A stretch of 64,000 nucleotides of DNA. It comes from Promethearchaeia archaeon. Its GTDB lineage: Archaea; Asgardarchaeota; Lokiarchaeia; Sigyniarchaeales; SOKP01. The notes beneath the pieces are model-generated. The model saw nothing but the letters and a program-made list of their open reading frames with translations. It had not been told where the DNA came from and did no database searches. Of this stretch, positions 1 to 8,343 are shown one piece after another. Location of the stretch: NCBI GenBank assembly GCA_046483985.1, contig JAWOCD010000057.1, positions 1 to 64,000 of the forward strand, written 5' to 3'. Position 1 is the first letter of the stretch; every line of letters starts with the position of its first letter. A program made the position numbers and the translations under genes.

Positions 1-160
1 AAGTTGTGACATTGGAAATTTGATCTAATGTCCTATCTTGTTTGATTTTCCCCAGAATATAGTCATTCGCATATATCCGGGCAGGCACATTCATCTTATA
101 TTTGCCGAGATTATGAGGCTCGATTTCGTAAATGTTATTATCTACTTTTTTAAGCTCCAT
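1..160 (-). CDS. rtcB: RtcB family RNA ligase, N-terminal part (runs off the window edge)
   Basis: Manual translation from ATG at 160: MELKKVDNNIYEIEPHNLGKYKMNVPARIYANDYILGKIKQDRTLDQISNVTT, matching the archaeal RtcB N-terminus (M.VP.RIYA...D.TL.Q..NV). Confidence 0.85.
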   Translation of the reverse strand, partial: MELKKVDNNIYEIEPHNLGKYKMNVPARIYANDYILGKIKQDRTLDQISNVTT

Positions 161-176
161 GCTTTAAATTAGAAGA

Positions 177-222
177 TTTAATTTTAAAAAATTTCGGTTT
201 AATTTTAAAAAAATTTCGGTTT
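177..222. repeat. Near-perfect tandem duplication (TTTAATTTTAAAAAA[A]TTTCGG x2) in the rtcB upstream region
   Basis: Seen directly; the two units differ only in A-run length. Confidence 0.8.
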
Positions 223-293
223 GTTTATTAAACGGACAACGTCAGTAATGAATACTGGATTTAATCTGTTCCTTTCTCTTACTCCGAATTCGG

Positions 294-764
294 ATGTCTC
301 AAAGGAAACAATTGCAGAAGCAAATATACAATATAACCCAAAGAGCCATAGATAATTCAGATAAAATTATTGTCTTCGAGCAAAGACATTTAGACCATAT
401 CCTTGAAAATTTTCAAGTTTCAAGTGATAAACTAATTAATTGGGATATTGAAGACCCTATAAAACCGAATGTTAAACCAGAAAAAGCCTTCAAACTCATA
501 AAAAAACAGTTCAAGATTTATCTTCCAATTTTTGAACTAACAACCCTAAAGGGCGATGGACCTTGTATTCTTAATGTAGCATACGAAAATTCGACCTTTT
601 TTGACTCAAATTTGATTATCCATTTTTCTAAATATATTTATGATAGATCTTTTCAGAACTCGATGTTTTTTCTTTATAACGGGACAGATTTTAAATTGAA
701 TAAATCAAAAGCAATATTTAGTTCTTTTTGTTTATCGAAGCACCGCAATTTGTGCAATACTTAG
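294..764 (+). pseudogene. Probable fragment of a low-molecular-weight phosphatase/arsenate-reductase-like gene
   Basis: ITQRAIDNSDKIIVFEQRH...WDIEDP resembles the C-terminal half of the LMW-PTP fold. No CX5R loop is present, and the 3' part runs through an IS-end-like hairpin and overlaps the next gene. Confidence 0.45.
533..562 (-). mobile_element. Degenerate IS200/IS605 right-end-like hairpin
   Basis: Minus strand reads GGTCCATCGCCCTTTAGGGTTGTTAGTTCA: CCCTTTAGGG core followed by TAGTTCA, as in IS200/IS605 right ends; outer stem decayed. Confidence 0.45.
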
Positions 765-1347
765 TTCCTGATCTTATATGGGCTCCACACTGAGGACAAT
801 ATTTAGGAACCCAAGAATGCTCCGTTGTTCTTGTTTGATAATCAGTTTGATAACTTTTTTCGGTATATTCTGTTTGGGAACTCGGCTCATAATGGTCAGT
901 TTGAGAAGGAATTTGCTTCTTTGGTTGGGAGGAGGAGGCCATCCCAATTATCCCTCCGAGGAGGATTAAAAACGGATCAACGAAGAAAAGAGAACCAGAT
1001 AAGGAAAATGTTATACTTCCATAATCCGGTATTGTCCAACTGCCGATGATAATAAACATTCCAACCACAGCTAAGATTCCCGTGATTAAGAGAACGATAT
1101 TGCCACTTTTTTCTCCTTTTGTTATCATAATTGAACCCACAAGGGCAAGAATTCCCCAAAATAAAGTCATTATCATTCTAACATACAGTAGATTCGGTTC
1201 TAATCCCAATATTCGGAGATCTTCCAAGGTTAGTCCATAAGCTCCTAAATTTGATATTATTTGTTGGATATCCAAATAATATATTAATCCCGACACAAGC
1301 ATCATAATTGCTCCAATAAACCCTAAAATTTTATTTGCTTTCGCCAT
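718..1347 (-). CDS. Membrane protein (about 4 TM) with C-terminal zinc ribbon
   Basis: Hydrophobic segments, a low-complexity linker, then CPQCG...YCTNCG. Confidence 0.8.
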   Translation of the reverse strand: MAKANKILGFIGAIMMLVSGLIYYLDIQQIISNLGAYGLTLEDLRILGLEPNLLYVRMIMTLFWGILALVGSIMITKGEKSGNIVLLITGILAVVGMFIIIGSWTIPDYGSITFSLSGSLFFVDPFLILLGGIIGMASSSQPKKQIPSQTDHYEPSSQTEYTEKSYQTDYQTRTTEHSWVPKYCPQCGAHIRSGTKYCTNCGASINKKN

Positions 1348-1485
1348 TTAATTTCACATTCATTTTGTATTATGTTGTTTTTATATATAAATCTTAAAAC
1401 TTCCTGGAAATTATCATTATTTAATTCCATAGAATAAATAAAAGAGAAAAAAAAAGAAAATTAAAAGTAAATTATCCAATTCTTC

Positions 1486-1959
1486 TTATCGGACAATAAG
1501 GACATCACAGTTGACATGGTTAACCGTTTTATTGGCCACCGTTCCCAATAAGAGTTCTTCCAATTTAGAGTGTTTTCCTTGGCAGCCAAGCACCACTAAA
1601 TCAAAATCCTCTTCTTCAACGATTTTTTCGATATAATCCTCTGGTTCTTCATCCACAATTAATCTCGTTTCAACCTCTTGTTCTTCTTCTTGAAACATAT
1701 CATTAATTTCTTGTAATATTACCTCCCCAGCTTCAATATACGCATCTTGTATTTTATTATAATCTACAGAAGGGATTGGATATCCACCCGGGAAAGTGGG
1801 AACCGTCACCGGTATTGTTTTAGGAATCATCCCATGTGCGATTGAATGAAATGCCACCACAGTTGAATCAAACTTCTTTTGGAGCTCAAGCCCCTTTTTA
1901 GCAGCTCTCACAGCGTTTTCAGAGTTATCTATTGCCAAGAGAATTTTCTCGAATGTCAT
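1486..1959 (-). CDS. uspA: Universal stress protein
   Basis: KILLAIDNSENA...DLVVLG...LLGTVANKTV...CDVLIVR. Confidence 0.93.
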   Translation of the reverse strand: MTFEKILLAIDNSENAVRAAKKGLELQKKFDSTVVAFHSIAHGMIPKTIPVTVPTFPGGYPIPSVDYNKIQDAYIEAGEVILQEINDMFQEEEQEVETRLIVDEEPEDYIEKIVEEEDFDLVVLGCQGKHSKLEELLLGTVANKTVNHVNCDVLIVR

Positions 1960-2064
1960 AATATATCACTACCACTATTTTTCAAATCAGTTCTATACAT
2001 TAGGATCTAGATATTCCCTCCAAATATTAAAGATGATAGTTAAAAATTATAAAAGTTCAAATGA

Positions 2065-3474
2065 TTAATGAGATTCCATAATCTGCTTACGTAGTTCAAA
2101 CAAACTTTCGCTGATGCTCACCTTGTATAAGTGCGGATTGAGAAAGCGTTTTGATCCCTCTTGAAGGTTTTTCATCTCATTTTTCATTATGTCTTGGGCG
2201 TCTTTCCATGTCCTTGGCTTTTCTGTGAGTTCTCCATCTTTCATTTTGAGTTTTAAAAGCGATTCAATCTTGTCTGGATCTGTGACTTCATAGGAAAACA
2301 AGGGGTTTGTGGGATCATATACCTTGCCTCCTTCAAATTCTTTGTTTTCATACAACTGAATAATATCTCCGGTCATTTTTCCCTTCTTATTATATAAGCG
2401 AAAGAGCCGCTTTTTTGACGGGATAGTGGCTTTTTTTATATTGTCAGAGATTTTCAATTTCGGTTTTCCATCTAATTCTACTAATTTATACACTCCTCCA
2501 AGTGCCGGGTCATCATAACAAGTGACCAATTTGGTTCCAATACCCCAAATATCAACCTTACCACCCTTTGACTTGATCTCTTTTATTACATGTTCATCAA
2601 TCTGATTGGAAACAACAATTTTTGCATCCTCCAGACCTGCATCGTCTAACATTTTCCGTGCCTTTTTACTCAAGTAAGCTAAATCCCCGGAGTCTAATCT
2701 TATACCCACGAAATCATGTCCTTTTTCTTCGAGCTCCTTTCCGACCTTTATTGCATTGGGTATACCGCTTTCGAGAGTGTCATAGGTATCTACTAATAAG
2801 ATTGACGTATCGGGAAACGCTTTCGCGTAGGCTCTAAACGCTTCTAATTCTGTATCAAATGCTTGTATCCAAGAGTGAGCTTGGGTTCCAGTCGCTGTTA
2901 CACCGATTTTTTTTCCGCCTAATACATTTGAGGTTCCTTCACATCCACCAGCCATCGCAGCTTCTGTTGCAGTAATTCCCCCATCTGGGCCTTGCGATCT
3001 TCGTAATCCGAATTCTATGATGGGATCACCCTCCGCTGCTAACCACATTCTATTTGCTTTCGTCGCGCATAAGGTGGGAAAATTAAAACAATTTAGTAAG
3101 TACGTTTCAATTATTTGACACTGGAGAAGAGATCCCTCAATTTCGGCGATGGGTTCATAAGGAAAGACAATTCTTCCATCATCGATTGCTCGTATTGTTA
3201 GCTCACATTCCCAATTTGCTAAATACTCCAGAAATCGATCAGAAAAAGTATCTGTCTCATTTAAATAATTTATTATTTCATCGGTAAAGGTCATATTTGC
3301 AATATCTTGTAAGGCTCTATTTAGTCCGTAGCAAATAGCATAAACCCCATTAAAAGGAGCTTCTCTAAAAAACATATCAAAGACAGCGGGTTTATCGGCA
3401 ATATTATTAACAATATATCCATCTGCCATTGTAAGTTCGTAGAAATCTGTTAAGATCGCATATTCATTTTTCAC
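2065..3474 (-). CDS. pncB: Nicotinate phosphoribosyltransferase
   Basis: LTDFYELTM, EFGLRRSQG, GTQAHSW, LVDTYDT, GIRLDSGDL, GGVYKL motifs. Confidence 0.95.
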   Translation of the reverse strand: MKNEYAILTDFYELTMADGYIVNNIADKPAVFDMFFREAPFNGVYAICYGLNRALQDIANMTFTDEIINYLNETDTFSDRFLEYLANWECELTIRAIDDGRIVFPYEPIAEIEGSLLQCQIIETYLLNCFNFPTLCATKANRMWLAAEGDPIIEFGLRRSQGPDGGITATEAAMAGGCEGTSNVLGGKKIGVTATGTQAHSWIQAFDTELEAFRAYAKAFPDTSILLVDTYDTLESGIPNAIKVGKELEEKGHDFVGIRLDSGDLAYLSKKARKMLDDAGLEDAKIVVSNQIDEHVIKEIKSKGGKVDIWGIGTKLVTCYDDPALGGVYKLVELDGKPKLKISDNIKKATIPSKKRLFRLYNKKGKMTGDIIQLYENKEFEGGKVYDPTNPLFSYEVTDPDKIESLLKLKMKDGELTEKPRTWKDAQDIMKNEMKNLQEGSKRFLNPHLYKVSISESLFELRKQIMESH

Positions 3475-3796
3475 TTCTCAATTCACCCTCTCTCACTTCA
3501 TCTTCAGGATAATTCATTTCATTATTTCTTTGCTCTGTACTCTTCAGAGAATACTTGCTTTCCATCTCAACTTCTTTTTGTTCAGTTTTCCCCAATAGCG
3601 ACTCATCTTTATTTAAAAAATCTTGAGCTTTTCTTATCCAACTTTGCGCTTTATCCAAACGAATATTCTTTAATTTAATCAAGTCATCTGGATCTGCTTC
3701 AGCTAATTGTTCGATGGTTCTCACACCAATTGTTTCTAACTTTTCAATCTCTTTCAAACCAATCTCTTTTAACAATGTTAAATCTTTTGTTGACAT
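3464..3796 (-). CDS. Helix-hairpin-helix (DUF4332-like) protein
   Basis: LKEIGLKEIEKLETIGVRTIEQLAEADPDDL...WIRKAQ; overlaps the pncB start. Confidence 0.7.
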   Translation of the reverse strand: MSTKDLTLLKEIGLKEIEKLETIGVRTIEQLAEADPDDLIKLKNIRLDKAQSWIRKAQDFLNKDESLLGKTEQKEVEMESKYSLKSTEQRNNEMNYPEDEVREGELRSEK

Positions 3797-3907
3797 TTAT
3801 CTCATCCCAATTGCAATTAAATCTGTACATTATATTGATGTTCGCCTCTAATATTTAAATATTACATTTTTAAAAATAAAATAACTTGAATAAGAACTTC
3901 TTTTCTA

Positions 3908-4051
3908 TTAGATCTTTATGAAACTTGGTGCTAAATAATCATCGCCAATTCCAGCAATTGTATTTTTATAAATGGCAAGATTCTCTTTATTTATTTCTCC
4001 AGTGAAAACATTGACTATATGTGCATTTTCAATTATTAAATCTGCGGGTTC
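3908..4051 (-). pseudogene. Adenine deaminase N-terminal fragment with no start codon
   Basis: Manual translation EPADLIIENAHIVNVFTGEINKENLAIYKNTIAGIGDDY..., typical Ade/amidohydrolase N-terminal beta domain; stop after 47 codons; abuts an IS-end-like hairpin. Confidence 0.75.
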
Positions 4052-4052
4052 C

Positions 4053-4100
4053 GAATTCCACCGGCTAAAGGCGGTGGTTTCCTTGCTGAACTATGATAAA
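4053..4100 (-). mobile_element. IS200/IS605 left-end-like hairpin remnant
   Basis: Minus strand TTTATCATAGTTCAGCAAGGAAACCACCGCCTTTAGCCGGTGGAATTC: CCACCG/CGGTGG stem around CTTTAG. Confidence 0.6.
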
Positions 4101-4299
4101 AATTAAAGCATAATAAGTATACTTTAATGTTATGAATGTTTTTTAAAGAACTATTTTTTAATTTTTTAATGAGGGTATTTATAAATCTTCTTTAAAAGGA
4201 TATTTTATCGATTCTTCTTGATTTATAGTAATCTTGTTTTCGTGGAGATTAATAACTTTTAAGACTAATTCTTAAATGTTTTTTTAAAATATTTGATAT

Positions 4300-5232
4300 A
4301 TGACTCAAGGCGTCTTTCTTAAAAAGTTGAAACAGGACGGAAAAACAGTAAGATCTGCCCATGTTGATACGGGAGAGAAATGTTGTAAAAATCCATCCAT
4401 AATTAAACAAGATGGTGAATTCGTATGCACTAACTGTGGATCTGTATTTTCCCAAGTTATTGATGATTCACCCTCGTATGGATTTTCCCACGAAGAGAGG
4501 ATGAAAAAGAAAACAAGTGAAAGAGTTTATAGCCCAATCGGTCCACGGACAACAATAAATGGAAGACGTGATGCGAGAGGGAATTCAATAAGCCCAGATT
4601 TAATCCAGAAATACAAAAGATTAGCAAAAATCCACAAATCGTTGACAAACAGTAAAGAAAGAAATTTATGGAAAGCTCTTCCTGTTTTTCGCAGATTAAG
4701 AAAAACCTTAAAATTACCTGACCATGTATACCAAGACGCGGTAAAAATTTACGATATAATCGTCAAAAAGAAACTTACATTGGGACGAACAATAAGGATT
4801 TTAGTTACGGCTTCAGTTTATTGTGCACTACGGGCAAATCAAATTGCTCGAACTATTGACGAAATGGCCGAAGTTTCCCAATTTCCAAAGAAGAAGATTT
4901 TGCAGAATTATAAACTGATTTGTCGTAAAGTATTACCGGAACTTGATTTGGAGATTAAACGATTATCAATCGTTCAATACGTTGATAAGTTTAATAATCA
5001 ATTGGATTTACCGATTGAATGCCGCAATGATGCACTAAAATTAATCTCCCGCAGTAAGAAAAAGGGCTTGAGATTTTCCGGAAAGAATCCCAAGGGAATT
5101 GTAGGAGCTGCCCTTTATCTCAGCGCAAAACAGCATAATATCCCTAAAACCCAAAAAGACATTGCTAATAATCTAAACATAGCACAAGTTACATTAAGAG
5201 TGCGCATAAAGGAATTACAAAAATATTGTTAA
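4300..5232 (+). CDS. tfb: Transcription initiation factor IIB (TFB paralog)
   Basis: Zn ribbon (CC...VCTNCG), ERNL, two cyclin repeats, SGKNPKGIVGAALY, TQKDIA...VTLRVR. Confidence 0.93.
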   Translation: MTQGVFLKKLKQDGKTVRSAHVDTGEKCCKNPSIIKQDGEFVCTNCGSVFSQVIDDSPSYGFSHEERMKKKTSERVYSPIGPRTTINGRRDARGNSISPDLIQKYKRLAKIHKSLTNSKERNLWKALPVFRRLRKTLKLPDHVYQDAVKIYDIIVKKKLTLGRTIRILVTASVYCALRANQIARTIDEMAEVSQFPKKKILQNYKLICRKVLPELDLEIKRLSIVQYVDKFNNQLDLPIECRNDALKLISRSKKKGLRFSGKNPKGIVGAALYLSAKQHNIPKTQKDIANNLNIAQVTLRVRIKELQKYC

Positions 5233-5540
5233 TCTAATCTTTTTTTTATTTTTAACCTTCTTTTTTGACCAAATTTTTTAATAGAGGGGGCTTAAAAAAT
5301 AGAACTTTTAATCTATTTTTCGACTAATTGTTATATTTTTTGTATGAGTAAACTCTGTAACTTCTTCATCTAAAATCCCTTCGATCTTTCCCCGAAAATT
5401 GTGTTTCCAACTGACCAAGTAGAATCTCCTTCTTAAGGAAATTATTTCAGGATCCAAATGGTTCCTTAAACTTCTTGTAATAATAATGGTGCAAATAGCC
5501 GTGTTTAACTTTTTAGAGAACGATGGAAAAGGAAAGCCTT

Positions 5541-6692
5541 TTAGAAACTTTCAAAGAGTAAATCGGACATTTTTAAAGCACTCTCAATTTCCTTCAGAGT
5601 TATAAAACCAATAATTTCTTCGTTCTTTTCTGACCTAACCACTACTATTGGTGGTTTATCTTCTAATTCTCCTAATTTCATAAAAGCTTTTTTCCCCGTT
5701 TCGGTTTCTTTAATGGTAGGAAAGTCCGATAAATCCATCATAACCTCTCCAATTTTTTTTTGTGAGCGAGCTTCCATAGGTATGTTTTTTACACTATTAA
5801 TATCAACTAAGCCTGTAAATCGACCTTCTCCTTTTACCGGAAAGTATGACCTCTTATAATGTATAAAATAATCGCTTATTGCCTCGCCTACATTGATATG
5901 TTTTGGAATGGAAACATCCATAGATGTTGCAATTTTAGAAGCTTTCAATTTTGATAATTTCACTTCATAGACCGTTCTGAGGTATGCTCTTTTGGCGGAA
6001 GAGCTTATAAAACTTCCAATGATCACTAACCAAAAGCCCCCAGTGAAGCCGATAAGAAGCATTTCGATAAATCCAAGCCCCACAAGTCCATAGCCAAGAT
6101 ATTTCCCAACGTTTGATGCGGTTTTTGTAGCACCCAACAAACTATCTTTTTTCTTCCAGAGAATTGCTCTTAAGATCCTCCCGCCATCCATCGGATAAGC
6201 GGGAAGTAGATTAAATAGTCCTAAACCAATATTACTGACGCCTGCATAGAAAAGAATGACAAACAGGCTTTCAGGATATTCCATCGAGAAAAATATCTGC
6301 GAAAAAAAAAGGGTACCCAGAAATGATATTCCTAGAATGAAACTCATTGCCGGACCCACAGCGGCGATATAAGACTCTAATTTTGGTGTCTCGGGCTCTT
6401 CCATTATTTTAGATGCTCCTCCGAACATATAAAATTCGATCTCTCCTACATCTAAACCATATTTTTGGGAAACAATTGAATGCATAAGTTCATGGGCTAA
6501 AATTGAAAACAACATAATTAAACCACTGGTGATGCCTACCATAAACGCCCAAATAGGATTAAACTCCCCGATTAGGTTAGTATAATAACTCCCAGCATAA
6601 AAGCCAACCAACGCAACGATGAGCACGGTAGACCAATGGAACTTAATATTAATTCCTCTTATCTTACCAATATTCATTTGCTCTTTTTTCAC
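5541..6692 (-). CDS. Site-2 protease (M50) with C-terminal CBS pair
   Basis: LAHELMHS, FNLLPAYPMDGGR, TM segments, CBS-like C-terminus. Confidence 0.92.
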   Translation of the reverse strand: MKKEQMNIGKIRGINIKFHWSTVLIVALVGFYAGSYYTNLIGEFNPIWAFMVGITSGLIMLFSILAHELMHSIVSQKYGLDVGEIEFYMFGGASKIMEEPETPKLESYIAAVGPAMSFILGISFLGTLFFSQIFFSMEYPESLFVILFYAGVSNIGLGLFNLLPAYPMDGGRILRAILWKKKDSLLGATKTASNVGKYLGYGLVGLGFIEMLLIGFTGGFWLVIIGSFISSSAKRAYLRTVYEVKLSKLKASKIATSMDVSIPKHINVGEAISDYFIHYKRSYFPVKGEGRFTGLVDINSVKNIPMEARSQKKIGEVMMDLSDFPTIKETETGKKAFMKLGELEDKPPIVVVRSEKNEEIIGFITLKEIESALKMSDLLFESF

Positions 6693-6922
6693 TTCCAGAT
6701 ATAAGGGTTTATTTTAATTTTTATCAATAATTAAGCCCTTTTTCCTAAGATATATAATTAACGCTAAAAATTAAAAGAAATCAGGAAATTTCCTTAAAAA
6801 AAATAGTAATATCTGATTATCATCCCGTAAATTTATAGGGGTCTTATGGAAATAACGTTTAATTTATAAATATTGATTTTTTATGTCAGTGCTGTAATTA
6901 TTCAAATGTTGATTTACCAGAA

Positions 6923-7597
6923 ATGAAAGCGGAAAAAATACAACAAGAAATAATGGATCAATTATTATGGGATCCCAGAATAGATGAATCGAATATTCAA
7001 GTAACAGTAAAAGATAAATCCATTACATTAAGCGGTTTAGTTCCGTCCCATCCCCAAAAAATATACGCTGAAACGGATGTGAAAGAAGTTGGAGATATTC
7101 CACCCATAACTAATAATATAGAAGTTATCTTCTCGCCCGAGTTTAAATCTCCTAGCGATACAGAGATTAAGGAAGGGTTAGAAAAGATTTATGAGATTAA
7201 TTCTTGTCTCGATGCAGAGAAAATTTCCGTATCCATTAATAAGGGGGATGTCATCCTCAAGGGAGTGGTGAAATCCTATTGGGAAAAGGAAATGACGGAA
7301 AAATTAGCATCTGAAATACCCAGCAACTTCTTAATAAAGAATCTACTTACGGTAGAACCCCTAGAGCCGGTTACTGATGCAAAGATAGAAGAGCAAGTAA
7401 CTACAGCAATGGAGAGATCTCTACGAGTTAATAGTGAAAAGGTAGATATTAACGTAAAAAATGGAATCGTTACCTTGTCAGGAACTGTATCGTCTCTAAG
7501 CGCCTATTCTGCGGCTGAAAAGGCTGCAAAATTATCTAAAGGCGTCATCGATGTCAAGAATAATTTAAATTATGTTCTACGATATGATATCACATAA
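6923..7597 (+). CDS. Triple BON-domain protein
   Basis: Three repeats of the I.V.V..G.V.L.G.V pattern; no signal peptide evident. Confidence 0.88.
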   Translation: MKAEKIQQEIMDQLLWDPRIDESNIQVTVKDKSITLSGLVPSHPQKIYAETDVKEVGDIPPITNNIEVIFSPEFKSPSDTEIKEGLEKIYEINSCLDAEKISVSINKGDVILKGVVKSYWEKEMTEKLASEIPSNFLIKNLLTVEPLEPVTDAKIEEQVTTAMERSLRVNSEKVDINVKNGIVTLSGTVSSLSAYSAAEKAAKLSKGVIDVKNNLNYVLRYDIT

Positions 7598-7632
7598 TTA
7601 AGAAATAAAATGAGAACTAAAATAATTTTTTT

Positions 7633-8286
7633 CTATTGAATTTTATCTTTGGTTTCCAATTGGGCGGGTTCAGTTTTTTTGAATTGTTCGATGTTATTCA
7701 AAATAGAATCAAAATAATCTATTTCAATAGAAATGACATTATGGAAGATTTTTTGTATTGTATTTTCCTTTTCTTTCTCAAAGTTACGATTCACTTTTCG
7801 GGCTTCCGATTCTTCTTTTTCAAATGTTACTTTTGCCGATTCATATTTCTCTTTCACTTTTTTAAGATTTTGCTCATCAACTTTCTCTGCAGGTTTCGAT
7901 TTTAATTTCTCATAGTCCTTCTTAAGATCCTCATACTTCTCTTCCGCCTTTTTAGCCTCTTCAAATTCTTCTTGGCGCTCTTCATAACTTTCAACTAATT
8001 GTTCTAAGGGCTTTATTAATTTCAACTTATATTTACTCATTCTTTCATGTTTATATTTATCGATGGTATCATAGATTTGCCCTAACGCGGAACGCTGATC
8101 AATTGGTGCTTCGATATTTTTCACAATATAACTATTTATCCGCTCAAAACCACTTTTTGCTTTTCCAACCGACTGCTCTTCTATTTCTAAAAATTTGTTA
8201 TATTTCTCAATTATTTCTTCCAGTTCGGTACTCGGTCCCGAAAAAATATCTGAAACTTTGTTTATCATATCTGAAAATTTTCCCAT
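7633..8286 (-). CDS. All-helical protein, putative BAR-domain protein
   Basis: 217 aa helical protein with LIKPLEQL kink, basic tip region (EKLKSKP) and NFEKEK...IF...ISIEIDYF C-terminal helix; amphipathic N-terminus. BAR call is by eye. Confidence 0.6.
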   Translation of the reverse strand: MGKFSDMINKVSDIFSGPSTELEEIIEKYNKFLEIEEQSVGKAKSGFERINSYIVKNIEAPIDQRSALGQIYDTIDKYKHERMSKYKLKLIKPLEQLVESYEERQEEFEEAKKAEEKYEDLKKDYEKLKSKPAEKVDEQNLKKVKEKYESAKVTFEKEESEARKVNRNFEKEKENTIQKIFHNVISIEIDYFDSILNNIEQFKKTEPAQLETKDKIQ

Positions 8287-8343
8287 AGTAATTCACCACT
8301 ATATGATCTTTTAAATATATATTATCTTTAAAATTTACCAAAT

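Noticed and set aside
283-294. 12-bp palindrome TCCGAATTCGGA, with GAATTC also near other gene-fragment junctions (4053, 21453)
   Set aside because: GAATTC is common in this AT-rich sequence; no support for a shared mechanism.
5290-5500. Possible decayed gene between tfb and the S2P gene
   Set aside because: Short, stop-interrupted frames with no recognisable motif.
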